Shown: positions 1-10,057, numbered from the stretch's first letter. The stretch is DNA of 37,986 nt from Candidatus Hermodarchaeota archaeon (GCA_016839805.1 JAEOTO010000002.1:1-37986); one strand, 5' to 3'. Translations and numbers: made by a program. Notes: a model not told the origin generated them from the sequence alone.

Positions 1-246
1 ATAAATCTGCTTCAGAATTGCTTTTTCCTTCTCTAGACTTGGATTCGTGTGAGATCTTTTCCAGAAGGGACATATCTTGCACCGGAGATTGCAGTTATAT
101 GTTAGCTTGTGCCCACAAAACAGTGGAACCCTTATTCCCAGGAAGTTTGAGAATAGCCCACGATAGAGCCTCAGCCCTAGCCACAACGTTTCCACGTAAT
201 AGCGCGCGCTTTTTTCTTTATTGAACCAGTTGGAAACTCGCCTCAT
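1..246 (-). CDS. Radical SAM protein, N-terminal part (runs off the window edge); resembles the archaeal PTO1314-type family
   Basis: Not in the ORF track. ATG at 246 gives an open frame to position 1: MRRVSNWFNKEKSARYYVETLWLGLRLYRGLFSNFLGIRVPLFCGHKLTYNCNLRCKICPFWKRSHTNPSLEKEKAILKQIY, with the CxxxCxxC motif CNLRCKIC. A TTTTATAA box lies about 40 nt upstream on the minus strand. The subfamily call is from memory of the PLxxGHKLTYxCNLRCxxCPFW context. Confidence 0.88.
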   Translation of the reverse strand, partial: MRRVSNWFNKEKSARYYVETLWLGLRLYRGLFSNFLGIRVPLFCGHKLTYNCNLRCKICPFWKRSHTNPSLEKEKAILKQIY

Positions 247-671
247 CCTTGAAATCACTAGAAAATACATTTACAAATTCATGCTTATAAAAACATGTTC
301 GTTTCTTAGCATCAAATACGTTTTTGTTTTCCTTTAGCTCTGGCGTGCATGCCTGTTCTTAAATTCGTTTGCGAGTAGCTCAACTAAAAATAAAAAGTCT
401 CATTAATCTTAACTAAATAGCTATGGCTCTATTTATGTTTGAACCTTACCAAATTAAATACTCTCTACTAATGCATTTCATTATCATAGACATCAAGCTA
501 TTCAATATATGAAAAATGCCATCATCGGAAGGCAAGAAACGTTTTGAGTTTTATTGAAAAGTTGTGATTTATTGTTGTTCAACAGCCGGAACTTTAATAC
601 CCTGATTGTTCTAAGCGTTAAACTCAATTAACTCACAACACTGGTTCGGATACGAGAAGAGGCTTGAAGAA

Positions 672-1202
672 ATGGCACAAGATATCATCCCTAAAGTCAC
701 TTGGCGACACACTTTCTATATCGCAGGATTGATGTGTTTAGTCTTCATTGGAATTGACTGGCTGCACTTCTTTGTCTTTGGAACCAAGTTCACTTATCTC
801 CTCAACCCGGGCTCTCCAACGGCTGCCATTGATTTCGTTTTCTACATTTTAGTATTCGCTGGGATGGCTTTTTTGGTTGGGTGCTTAGTAAACTTCGGGA
901 CCAAGGATGTCGTTGTTGCTGGAATTCTAGGTCCTTTACTCTTTCTGATTGTAAACGGTTTTATCCTCTATGGGCTTCTCCTTCTAAACCCAGCATATGG
1001 TTCACAATTAATTCCCCATTGGCACTGGATTTGGGGTTCCTTTCCTGACTGGAATGCCATACTCCCTGAAGTCATAATCGGGTTTGTACTGTTATATCTT
1101 CAAAGTTTTCTCATCTTTTTCGTCCTTGCTCTTCCCTTTATTCTCTCGTCGAGTTTCGGTGGCCATGCCATTCGCGAAACAATGGGCTGGAACTTCCCCT
1201 GA
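672..1202 (+). CDS. Hypothetical integral membrane protein (about 4-5 TM)
   Basis: 176-aa ORF made mostly of hydrophobic segments; no family recognised. Confidence 0.75.
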   Translation: MAQDIIPKVTWRHTFYIAGLMCLVFIGIDWLHFFVFGTKFTYLLNPGSPTAAIDFVFYILVFAGMAFLVGCLVNFGTKDVVVAGILGPLLFLIVNGFILYGLLLLNPAYGSQLIPHWHWIWGSFPDWNAILPEVIIGFVLLYLQSFLIFFVLALPFILSSSFGGHAIRETMGWNFP

Positions 1203-1282
1203 TAATATCTAATTTGAAGAAACAGAGATAAAGCCAAGGTTCTATCCCTATTATTATCAACGGCGTTCAAAGGTGAGACGCA

Positions 1283-1855
1283 TTGATCGAGGGTGAAAAG
1301 GTAACTCTACGTGGTCTTCAACTAGATGATGCTGGGACTATTCTTGCTCATTTTAATGATGTTGAGGTGCGCCAATATCTTGGACATCTTATCCCGATTT
1401 CAAAAGATGAAGAGCAACAATGGATTCGGAACACTTGGGAATCAAGACAAAAAGGCACAGAACACGTTTTTGGCATCGAGCTCAACAAAAACCAACAACT
1501 TATCGGAACCTGCAGCCTTTTTGATATTCACCAGATCAACCGGTCAGCGGAATTAGGTATTGCCATCTGGAATAAGCAATATTGGAGTAAAGGTCTGGGA
1601 CAAGAAGCCCTCCGATTACTTTTGAATTATGGCTTCTACTTCCTCAACCTCCATAGCATTTTCCTTATCGTAAACGAGGATAATCCACGAGCGATTCGCG
1701 CATATGAAAAAGTAGGATTTCAACACTCGGCTCACCACCGAGATGCACTCTTTCAAAATGGTATATACAAGGATACCATCTTAATGGATATCCTGGAAAC
1801 CGAGTTTCAACAACTTCATCCGCCAACTCTACCTCCTTTGAAGAAAGGTGAGTGA
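1283..1855 (+). CDS. GNAT N-acetyltransferase, RimJ/RimL (SpeG-like) family
   Basis: Motifs SAELGIAI, YWSKGLGQEA (acetyl-CoA loop) and DNPRAIRAYEKVGF; AAGGTGA SD before a TTG start. Confidence 0.9.
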   Translation: MIEGEKVTLRGLQLDDAGTILAHFNDVEVRQYLGHLIPISKDEEQQWIRNTWESRQKGTEHVFGIELNKNQQLIGTCSLFDIHQINRSAELGIAIWNKQYWSKGLGQEALRLLLNYGFYFLNLHSIFLIVNEDNPRAIRAYEKVGFQHSAHHRDALFQNGIYKDTILMDILETEFQQLHPPTLPPLKKGE

Positions 1856-2390
1856 CTTGTTCGAGGGAACCAATATCCAGTTACGCGGGTTTGAACTTGA
1901 AGACGCAGCAACAATAATCAAATACTACAATGATTTAGATGTGCGTCGATTCTTAGATCATCCCTTTCCTCTTTCACTGCAAGATGCCGAACAGTGGATT
2001 CGTAATACGTGGGAAACTTCAAAAAAAGGCAAAGCCTACTTTTTTGCTATCGCATTAAAAGAAACCAATCAACTCATTGGAACCTGTGGACTATTTGCCT
2101 TAAACCGAATCAACCGAAAAGCAGAACTAATGATTGTAATTTACAATAAAAAATACTGGGGAAAGGGATTCGGCACTGAAGCCATTCGGCTCCTTCTTAA
2201 TTACGGGTTTAAACAACTTAACCTCAATCGAATCCTTTTATTCACCCATGATGACAACACTCGTGCCCAACATATCTACGAAAAAATAGGGTTTAAGCCC
2301 GGCGGAAAGCGCCGCCAGGCTTCGTATTTTGAAGGTGCCTATCACGATTTATTATTGTACGATTTACTAGCGTCTGAATTCCAAGAGTAA
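1848..2390 (+). CDS. GNAT N-acetyltransferase, RimJ/RimL family (paralog of the upstream gene)
   Basis: Motifs YWGKGFGTEA and DNTRAQHIYEKIGF; overlaps the upstream paralog by 8 nt. Confidence 0.9.
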   Translation: MSDLFEGTNIQLRGFELEDAATIIKYYNDLDVRRFLDHPFPLSLQDAEQWIRNTWETSKKGKAYFFAIALKETNQLIGTCGLFALNRINRKAELMIVIYNKKYWGKGFGTEAIRLLLNYGFKQLNLNRILLFTHDDNTRAQHIYEKIGFKPGGKRRQASYFEGAYHDLLLYDLLASEFQE

Positions 2391-2391
2391 T

Positions 2392-3177
2392 CTATGCTTC
2401 AGCTCGTGAAAATAAGTATGTTCCTAGGACAATCATCGCCAGTGAGAATCCACTAAGCACACCTAAGGTGATCAATGGTCCGAGAAGACCAAGAAGTGGT
2501 GTGATGTATCCTGTAAGACAGAAACGTAGCAATTCGACTCCATAGAATAATGGGTCCAGTAACATTGCTATTTGAAGCGCTAGTGGAGCGGTGTCAATCG
2601 GAAAGAAGACACCAGATAACATGAATAGGGGCCACATCACAAAGGTCGTGATTAATTGGAAGGCATGGAAATCTGTTAAGGCAGAACCAATAGCAACGCC
2701 TAATCCAACGAATCCTGCAGTAATTAGGAGCATAACACCGATTGCACCAAAAATCCCAAGGGCAAAACGTAAATCAATGAAAAAAGCCCCTAACACTGTT
2801 GAGACGACTAAGATGAGAATTCCCTGAATAGAAGCAGTTACCGCACCTCCAAGAATCTTCCCAGTAATGATGCTCGTTCGGCTAACTGGTGCGACTAACA
2901 TTTCTTTGAAGAAACCAAATTGCCGGTCAAAAATGACTGAAACACCAGAAAAGACAGAGGCAAATAACAGGCTCATAGCTATAATTCCTGGGGCGATGTA
3001 CGTAAGGTAATTACCTCCGAGAGCTCCACCAAAGAGGCCTCCGATTCCAAACCCCAGAATGAGGAGGAAAAAGAAGCTTTGGGCAATTGAAGCAATGATT
3101 CGTGCTTTCGCTCGCCAAAATCGTTTCAATTCACGTAATAAGACCACATAAATTGCTTGTCCAGAAATGGGCTGCAT
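2392..3177 (-). CDS. ABC-2 type exporter permease (DrrB-like)
   Basis: Motifs RELKRFWR, APGIIAMSLLF, DRQFGFFKEMLVAPVSR, LSGVFFPI. ATG at 3177 follows a GGAG SD just after the ATPase stop and is preferred to the track's start at 3216. Confidence 0.9.
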   Translation of the reverse strand: MQPISGQAIYVVLLRELKRFWRAKARIIASIAQSFFFLLILGFGIGGLFGGALGGNYLTYIAPGIIAMSLLFASVFSGVSVIFDRQFGFFKEMLVAPVSRTSIITGKILGGAVTASIQGILILVVSTVLGAFFIDLRFALGIFGAIGVMLLITAGFVGLGVAIGSALTDFHAFQLITTFVMWPLFMLSGVFFPIDTAPLALQIAMLLDPLFYGVELLRFCLTGYITPLLGLLGPLITLGVLSGFSLAMIVLGTYLFSRAEA

Positions 3178-3193
3178 TTTCTTTTCACATCTC

Positions 3194-4426
3194 CTAGTGA
3201 GGAGTTGTTCCTCCACGAGCTTGACGCATCGTTCGAAATCGTCGGAACATTTGTATCATACTTCCAGATTCATCACGAATTCTGCGTCCCGTTACCGAAA
3301 GGAACACATCGTCAAGTGTTGGTTTGTGCATCTGAACTGACTCAAGCTCAACTCCAGATCCATCTACAATCTTAACTAACTCCGGCAGACGTTGACTAGC
3401 ATTGTCAACAAGTAACTGAATTTGCCGAAAATTCATCAATTGCTCCCCATGCTCTCCCATGGCTTTCATCACAGCTGTCATCTTTTCTGGATCCTTAGGC
3501 ATTGAGGGAAGACTTCCACCACTGCCAGCCATCGAAGGCATCATACCATCCATACCTCCACCTCCAGCCATACCTCGCATCCTTTGCATTATTTGCATCA
3601 TTTGGCTCATGCCAACTTGGTTATTAGTTCCAGACACAGGAAGTGCACTCTGAACCCATTCAAGCTGATTAAGCCTAGGCAGCATTTTCTTAGCATCTGA
3701 TGGTTCCTTGAAAGTGAGTCCAACCACATCGCCTTTCAGAGTTGCCTTCAAATTTTCTGTAGTATCTAAAGCAACAATCTTACCAAAATCGATAATTTGG
3801 ATTCGGTTACACAGATGATCGGCTTCCTCAGTGTAATGCGTTGTCAGAATTATAGTAACGTTTTGTTCTTGATTGAGTTTCAGAATATAATCCCAGATAG
3901 CCCGTCGTGTCTGCGGGTCAAGTCCAAGTGTTGGTTCATCAAGGAATAATACCTTGGGGTAATGAAGAAGTCCTCGGGCAATTTCAAGTCGACGTTTCAT
4001 TCCACCACTATAGGTCTTCACGAATGCATCTACTCGGTCAGTTAATTGAACCACTTTTAGAATCTCTTCGATTCGTTCTTTGCGTTCCTTCTTAGTAAGA
4101 CCATAGAGCCGTCCATGAAAATCAAGGTTCTCACGACCAGTTAATTCGGTATCAAGCGTTGGATCCTGAAATACGAACCCGATGCTACGACGAACCGAAT
4201 CGGGATCTTTGTGGATGTCATGTCCATTGATTGTTGCTGTTCCACTTGTTGGTCTTAATAGTGTGGCTAACATATTGAGGGTCGTGGTTTTTCCAGCCCC
4301 ATTTGGACCCAAAAAACCAAAGATTTCACCCTCTTCAACCGTGAATGAAATGTTGTCCACGGCTGTGAGACTGCCGTTGAAGACCTTGGTGAGTTCTTTC
4401 ACTTCAATAATACTAATTCTGTTCAC
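3194..4426 (-). CDS. ABC exporter ATP-binding protein (DrrA-like) with a Met/Gly-rich insertion
   Basis: Walker A GPNGAGKTT, signature YSGGMKRRLEIA, Walker B FLDEPTLGLD, H-loop TTHY, C-terminal PTLDDVFLSVTG. Confidence 0.93.
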   Translation of the reverse strand: MNRISIIEVKELTKVFNGSLTAVDNISFTVEEGEIFGFLGPNGAGKTTTLNMLATLLRPTSGTATINGHDIHKDPDSVRRSIGFVFQDPTLDTELTGRENLDFHGRLYGLTKKERKERIEEILKVVQLTDRVDAFVKTYSGGMKRRLEIARGLLHYPKVLFLDEPTLGLDPQTRRAIWDYILKLNQEQNVTIILTTHYTEEADHLCNRIQIIDFGKIVALDTTENLKATLKGDVVGLTFKEPSDAKKMLPRLNQLEWVQSALPVSGTNNQVGMSQMMQIMQRMRGMAGGGGMDGMMPSMAGSGGSLPSMPKDPEKMTAVMKAMGEHGEQLMNFRQIQLLVDNASQRLPELVKIVDGSGVELESVQMHKPTLDDVFLSVTGRRIRDESGSMIQMFRRFRTMRQARGGTTPH

Positions 4427-4442
4427 ATCTCCTAATATTTGG

Positions 4443-5048
4443 TTATCTTGGGGAATCGTTCTTCAGATTTTGAATTAATTTCTTTACAAGGTGTATTGCT
4501 TGCTTCACCGTCTTTTCGTGGTCCTTAAGAAGATCAAGACGATGCTGAAGCAGTGCAATGCCCTTTTCGGGTTTTGAAACTGCCTTATCAGGAAGCATAG
4601 CCACTTCGTTAAGAAACAGTTTTACGTTTTCCAGTTTAGCTAATGCCTTATCCACATCGAAAGCGGGTGGATGTGGAAAATGTGGTCCACCATGTGCACC
4701 AAGAATATTCCTCATAATAACGACAAATCGTGCATGCTGTAACGCTGCTTTCTCTAAATCCGCTCTACCCTTCGAACATAACTTATAGACGATTCGACGT
4801 CGGCCTTCCTGATCTACTTCCTTCCCTGCAATCAATCCGTGTTCATGTAAATCATGAAGGATAGGATAAATAGTACCTGGAGAAGGCCGCCAACCATCAC
4901 TCGCATCCGACAACACCTGAAGGATTTCATAGCCATATCGTGGTTGTTCCGCTAACAAGGCGAGAACGATGCCCCGCAAGTACCCCTTACCTAGCTTCTT
5001 CACCGCGTGTCGAAGAGCAGGTGGTTGTTCACGTCTAATTGAAGTCAA
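4443..5048 (-). CDS. PadR-family transcriptional regulator
   Basis: Winged-helix pattern LALLAEQPRYGYEI...PSPGTIYPILHDL...RRIVYKL with a C-terminal coiled coil; first gene of the exporter operon. Confidence 0.9.
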   Translation of the reverse strand: MTSIRREQPPALRHAVKKLGKGYLRGIVLALLAEQPRYGYEILQVLSDASDGWRPSPGTIYPILHDLHEHGLIAGKEVDQEGRRRIVYKLCSKGRADLEKAALQHARFVVIMRNILGAHGGPHFPHPPAFDVDKALAKLENVKLFLNEVAMLPDKAVSKPEKGIALLQHRLDLLKDHEKTVKQAIHLVKKLIQNLKNDSPR

Positions 5049-5080
5049 GATGGGTAGCTCTTTTATGTCGTTAAGAGAAA

Positions 5081-5111
5081 TATCGGAATCCGATAGTATC
5101 GCTTTCCGATA
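5081..5111. promoter_or_regulatory. Tandem palindromic operator (probable PadR sites) overlapping the padR promoter
   Basis: Perfect palindrome TATCGGA-A-TCCGATA (5081-5095) and a near-copy TATCGCT-T-TCCGATA (5097-5111) at 16-bp period. The second copy overlaps a minus-strand AAAAAC-TTTTTATC BRE/TATA-like element. Confidence 0.7.
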
Positions 5112-5154
5112 AAAAGTTTTTGCTTAGCGCATTTCTAGCATTAATTGAGGATTC

Positions 5155-6141
5155 TCATAACGGGCAGTCTGTAGGTCCTGGTTCGTCAAGAATAAGGTCT
5201 GTGTAAGATTGGTTTTCAGGAAGTGCTAAGAAGGTGCGTAATCGATTTCGGACAGCATTAATGGATGGAAAGCTAGTGGGACCAGGGGTTTCCACATTGA
5301 AGGATGCACTAGATGATGCGAAGAAAGCCGACCATAATGGCCGTCCAGTTTGTTGTAGCTCAATGAGAAAACTAATCGAAAACGTATCTCCGCTTCCAGT
5401 GAAATCCACAATGGTTCGAGAGGGAATAGCAGGAACTTTCTGTAACTGTTGGTTCTGGTAAAGGTATGAACCATGTTGACCATGGGTAATGAGGATGATT
5501 TTACAGCCAGCCTTATGAGCTTCCTCGGCTCCCTTTTCAACAGTGGTTGCTCCAGTTAGTTGACAAATCTCATCAACATCCGCTTTCAATACATCAATGC
5601 ACGAGGCATACTCTGAGAAAGCCTCCCATTGGCAAGATATAATGTGATGGTTTTGATCAGAAATACGGCGTCGAATGAATCCTTGTGCATCCACAGAAAT
5701 ATTCACGCCCTGATTCTTTCCAACTGGAATGATCTCTGAATCGACTTCTTGTAACACTGGACTAAGATGCATCCAAGCAGTATCCCAAAATGGTTCGGGT
5801 ATATCAGTTACCTTGATAGGCTCTGCAATTCGTTCTGCTTCCTGGCTACGATCTCCATTCGAGGTATAAACATTGACAAATTGGGTCGTTTCTTTTCCTT
5901 CCAGTACACCTTCAAGATTCAGGCCGGAGCTTCGTAATAGTCCATAATATTCAGCAGGGAATTCTTTGCCAATTCGTGAAACGATTGCTACTTGTTTCAC
6001 ACCTAGAGCGGGTGCAACCATCGCATACGCGGGTGGACCACCCAATGCAAAACGTTCCTGACCTCCAACTACAATACGATCCACAGTGATATGACCGATA
6101 ATCACTAGATCATAGGTTTTTGATTGCTTTTTATCACGCAC
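5155..6141 (-). CDS. PfkB/ribokinase-family carbohydrate kinase
   Basis: Motifs DLVIIGHITVD, LGGPPAY, ITHGQHGS and anion hole DFTGSGDTF. GTG at 6141 follows GGTGA and is preferred to the track's start at 6243. Confidence 0.88.
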   Translation of the reverse strand: MRDKKQSKTYDLVIIGHITVDRIVVGGQERFALGGPPAYAMVAPALGVKQVAIVSRIGKEFPAEYYGLLRSSGLNLEGVLEGKETTQFVNVYTSNGDRSQEAERIAEPIKVTDIPEPFWDTAWMHLSPVLQEVDSEIIPVGKNQGVNISVDAQGFIRRRISDQNHHIISCQWEAFSEYASCIDVLKADVDEICQLTGATTVEKGAEEAHKAGCKIILITHGQHGSYLYQNQQLQKVPAIPSRTIVDFTGSGDTFSISFLIELQQTGRPLWSAFFASSSASFNVETPGPTSFPSINAVRNRLRTFLALPENQSYTDLILDEPGPTDCPL

Positions 6142-6474
6142 CCAGGATTCACCAGAAATATTTGATATTCCTTTGTGGTAGTTACTCCATATATTGCTTT
6201 TTTTTAAGAATACTGAAAGGCGATTTAGTGATAAACGAGCCAACGATGGTCTTTACCCCAAAGGCTCGCCCAATCACCACGTTTTAGTTTCAACACTGTT
6301 GGTTTTTGTCATTCAGACGACCTAAACTTTCTTGTCTTTTGCATCTTTTCATCGAAAGAGCTATTTGTTATATATGAGAGGGTAGTTGAGAGCGTCGGTG
6401 TAACCTGGGGAACGAAAGGTGTGCACACATTGGGATTAACAATCTCCACCGAGCTCAAATAAGGTGAATTAAGA

Positions 6475-9400
6475 ATGCCTTCAGATGAGCAAACCTTATC
6501 ATCAGAGAAAAATACTTCTGCATCAGTTTTTGAGACGATTGCCCGTCAAGCTCCTCTTGGGGTTATCGTGATTCAAGATGAAAAGGTTCTGTATGCAAAT
6601 GAGGAACTTGCCCAGCTCATCGGTTATTCCTTAAAAGATATCCGCAAAATGACAGCAGATGATTTTCTAACATTTGTGGCAGATGCTGATAAAATCGAGG
6701 CTAGTCGGAGACTCAAATCAGCTGTTGCGGGTGACGTTAAAACAAAATTCTATGACCTCCGTGTGAAAGATAAACAAGGAAAATCCCGTTGGCTCCAAAT
6801 TTTACCACGCCTAATTACAGTGGACGAAAAACCTGCAATTCTGGCTATGGTCATCGATGCAACTGAACCAAAACGAATTGAAAACGCCTATCGAGAACTT
6901 GTTGACCACTCACTTCAAGGACTAATTATCATCCAGGATATGAAAGTGGTTTTTGCAAATCAAGCCTTCGCAGATATTAGTGGCTATACTATCGAAGAAA
7001 TGTTTGCACTCACTCTCAAAGAGGTTCAAGCTATTGTTCATCCGGATTATCAGGCCCGGGTTTGGGGGCGAATGCGGGATCGCTTAGAGGGGAAGGATGT
7101 TCCCTCTCATTATCAGTTTAAAGGGATTCGTAAAGATGGTGAAGAGCGTTGGGTGGAGATGTATGCGACGGTTATCCAGTACAATGGCCAACCTGCTATT
7201 CAAGCAACCTTCATCGATGTTACCGAACGTCAAGAAGCGGATACCAGGCTCCAAGAATCGGAATTACGTTATCGCGGTCTCTTTGATGAAATCCCCACTG
7301 GTCTTTATCGAACAACGGGTGATGGCAAAATCATCGATGCTAATCCTGCCCTTGTTGCACTTTTAGGTGCGAAAGATAAAGACGCCCTTCTCGAAATGAA
7401 TGCTGCTGATTTTTATGTGGATCAAAAAGAGCGTAAACAATGGCATGAGCTGATGGCTCAAGAGGGCATTGTATCGGGACATGAAGTGCAATTCAAACGC
7501 CTAGATGGAAAAACCATCTGGGTCCGTGATAGTTTCCGTGCTATCCGAGATGAAAAAGGAAATGTTATTCATTTTGAAGGTTCTTTAGAAGACATCACTG
7601 AAAGAAAACGTGCAGAAATTGCACTTCGCGAACGAGAACAACGGTATCGTGCTTTATTTGAGCGAACCAATGATGCGGTGTTTATTCTCTCGCTAGATTT
7701 GAAACACTTAGATGCCAATCAACAGGCTGCAGACATGCTCGGATATACGCGCGATGAACTCATAGGTATGCCAGTTGACGAAATTGTCGCTCCTAAAGAA
7801 TACGACGACAGCAAGCGAATACTTCGGGCTTTATTAGCCGGTGACCCTGTGCCTGTTTATGAAAGAATAGTTCGAAAAAAGAATGGCGAGGAATTCCCTG
7901 TTGAAGTTAATGCGGCTTTAGTCTTTGATGCTGAAGGTGATCCACTTCATATTCAAAGTGTAGTTCGGGATATCACTGAACGTAAACAGGCTGAACTGGC
8001 TCTCAGAGAAAGTGAGGAGAAATACCGAACTCTTGTTGAAACCTCACCTGACTCGATCACCGTTACTGATCTTGAAGGCAAGATAATTATGGTGAATCAA
8101 CAGGCTCTGAAGCTTTATGGTGTTGAAGACGAAAAAGAGCTAATTGGTGTTTCGGCATTCGAGCTCATTGTCCCCGAAGATGTTTCAAGAGCAATGGAGA
8201 ATCTACAAAAGACATTGCAAGAAGGCCATTCAGGTACCCTTGAATATACCTTGATACGTCGAGATGGCACACGTTATCCCGCTGAATTGAATGCCGCACT
8301 TTTTAAGGATGCAGAAGGAAATCCCACCGCTTTCATTGGTGTTATTCGTGACATTAGTGAACGAAAAGAGGCAGAAGCGAAATATCGAAGTCTATTTGAT
8401 AGCGTTCCAATCGGATTATTCCGAACAACGCCAGATGGAACCATCCTGGATGTGAATCCTGCGCTAATAGGAATGCTCGGTTTCGAGCAAAAAGAAAAGC
8501 TTCTCGAACGTAAGGCCTCAAGCTTTTATGTTAATCCCAAAGATCGCAAACATTGGGAAACAGCTGTTGCGCGTGAAGACGTTGTGACAGGTGTTCATGC
8601 AGAATTTCAACGAGAAGACGGGGAGAAAATTTGGGTCGAATTGGCAGCACGCGCTCTTCGGGACAAAGATGGAAACGTTGAATGCTACGAAGGAACTCTA
8701 GAGGATATCACTGACCGAAAACTCAGCGAAGATGCAGTCCGTGAATCCGAAGCTAAATATCGAGCTCTAGTCGATCAGTCTCTCCAAGGACTAGTGATTT
8801 ATCAGGACAATCGGATTGTCTTCGCAAATCCTATTATTCAAGATGTAATTGGTTTGACCTCTGAGGAATTTTCTAAGTTGAATCCTGAAGCAGTATGGGG
8901 TCTCCTTCATCCGGATGATTTAGAGTGGGTACAACAACGCTTTGAGGACCGTATGAAAGGGATTGAGGTTCCTGATCGATACACAGTACGAGCAATAGCT
9001 TCTGGTGGTCGACCTCTATGGATTGAGGTCTGGGTAAAGGTTATTGAGTACCTCGCTAAACCAGCGCTCCAGGTTTCTCTCATAGATGTTACTGAAAGAA
9101 TGCGAGCTGAGCAAGCCCTTAAAGAATCCGAAGAAAAATATCGAAACCTTGTCGAGCAATCACTATACGGCATTGTCATTTCACAGGGCGTTCCGCCTCG
9201 AATTTTCTTTGCCAATGAAGCCTTTGCACATATCATCGGTTACACAGTTGAGGAAATTCTTGCTTTTTCACCCAAGAAAATTCAAAATCTTATTCATCCG
9301 AATGACCAGGAACTCGTTATGGAGCGAGTTAAATCTAGACTTACTATAGAAACTACGCCCCAACAATACGAATATCGGATGATTCGAAAGGATGGAACGG

Positions 9401-9912
9401 TTCGCTGGGTAGAAATCTTTGCTGATGTAATCGAGTACGAAGGTGAACCAGCAATCCAAGCTGGATATCTCGACATTACAGATCGAAAACAAGTTGAAGC
9501 AGCACTCCTCGAATCTGAAGAAAAATTCCGGGCACTAGTAGAGGAGATGTCCGATTGGGTATGGGAGATGGACCTAAAAGGCAAATTTACCTACACCAAT
9601 GGTGCTGTAGAAGACATCCTCGGCTTTTCTGCCGGTCAAGTATTAGGACGAACTCCCTGCGACTTCTTCCGACCCGCAGATATACCTCGAGCCCAACAAA
9701 CATTTGCTGAAATTATTGAAAAACAACGTCCAATTCGAACCCTTGTCATCCAATTCGTCCACCGTGATGGATCCGATGTAATCCTTGAAGCGAGAGGACG
9801 ACCCGTATTCTCTGAAACTGGGGAACTCCTCGCTTACCGAGGCATCTGCCGAGACATCACTGATCGGCTCAAGATGCTCGAACAACTCCGTGCCCTAGAC
9901 GAACGCTTATAA
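6475..9912 (+). CDS. Protein of nine tandem PAS/PAC domains with no output domain
   Basis: Nine units, each running from a (K/R)YRxL-type helix to a D(I/V/A)(T/S)(E/D) end. The protein stops about 14 aa after the last DITDR. No H-box, HATPase, GGDEF, REC or TM segment. AAGGTGA SD. Confidence 0.93.
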   Translation: MPSDEQTLSSEKNTSASVFETIARQAPLGVIVIQDEKVLYANEELAQLIGYSLKDIRKMTADDFLTFVADADKIEASRRLKSAVAGDVKTKFYDLRVKDKQGKSRWLQILPRLITVDEKPAILAMVIDATEPKRIENAYRELVDHSLQGLIIIQDMKVVFANQAFADISGYTIEEMFALTLKEVQAIVHPDYQARVWGRMRDRLEGKDVPSHYQFKGIRKDGEERWVEMYATVIQYNGQPAIQATFIDVTERQEADTRLQESELRYRGLFDEIPTGLYRTTGDGKIIDANPALVALLGAKDKDALLEMNAADFYVDQKERKQWHELMAQEGIVSGHEVQFKRLDGKTIWVRDSFRAIRDEKGNVIHFEGSLEDITERKRAEIALREREQRYRALFERTNDAVFILSLDLKHLDANQQAADMLGYTRDELIGMPVDEIVAPKEYDDSKRILRALLAGDPVPVYERIVRKKNGEEFPVEVNAALVFDAEGDPLHIQSVVRDITERKQAELALRESEEKYRTLVETSPDSITVTDLEGKIIMVNQQALKLYGVEDEKELIGVSAFELIVPEDVSRAMENLQKTLQEGHSGTLEYTLIRRDGTRYPAELNAALFKDAEGNPTAFIGVIRDISERKEAEAKYRSLFDSVPIGLFRTTPDGTILDVNPALIGMLGFEQKEKLLERKASSFYVNPKDRKHWETAVAREDVVTGVHAEFQREDGEKIWVELAARALRDKDGNVECYEGTLEDITDRKLSEDAVRESEAKYRALVDQSLQGLVIYQDNRIVFANPIIQDVIGLTSEEFSKLNPEAVWGLLHPDDLEWVQQRFEDRMKGIEVPDRYTVRAIASGGRPLWIEVWVKVIEYLAKPALQVSLIDVTERMRAEQALKESEEKYRNLVEQSLYGIVISQGVPPRIFFANEAFAHIIGYTVEEILAFSPKKIQNLIHPNDQELVMERVKSRLTIETTPQQYEYRMIRKDGTVRWVEIFADVIEYEGEPAIQAGYLDITDRKQVEAALLESEEKFRALVEEMSDWVWEMDLKGKFTYTNGAVEDILGFSAGQVLGRTPCDFFRPADIPRAQQTFAEIIEKQRPIRTLVIQFVHRDGSDVILEARGRPVFSETGELLAYRGICRDITDRLKMLEQLRALDERL

Positions 9913-10057
9913 CATTGAAGCTGGTTGCTTTAGAATCCTTAAATGTAACAAGCAAACATCTCACCCCCTAAAGATTCACTATTCATTTCAAATATGAACC
10001 GCAGAAATAGATGACTCAATTCCACAAAACATCCTATCATAACCGGAAGCATAACTC

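Noticed and set aside
18-224. 68-aa plus-strand ORF in the track
   Set aside because: It is the antisense shadow of the radical SAM gene on the minus strand (1-246).
5155-6243. Track start at 6243 for the PfkB kinase
   Set aside because: The extra N-terminal residues are not PfkB-like, and a GGTGA SD precedes the GTG at 6141.
9913-10057. Frameshifted histidine kinase after the PAS array
   Set aside because: The spacer is only 145 nt and I saw no H-box-like sequence; the next ORF is a phosphatase.
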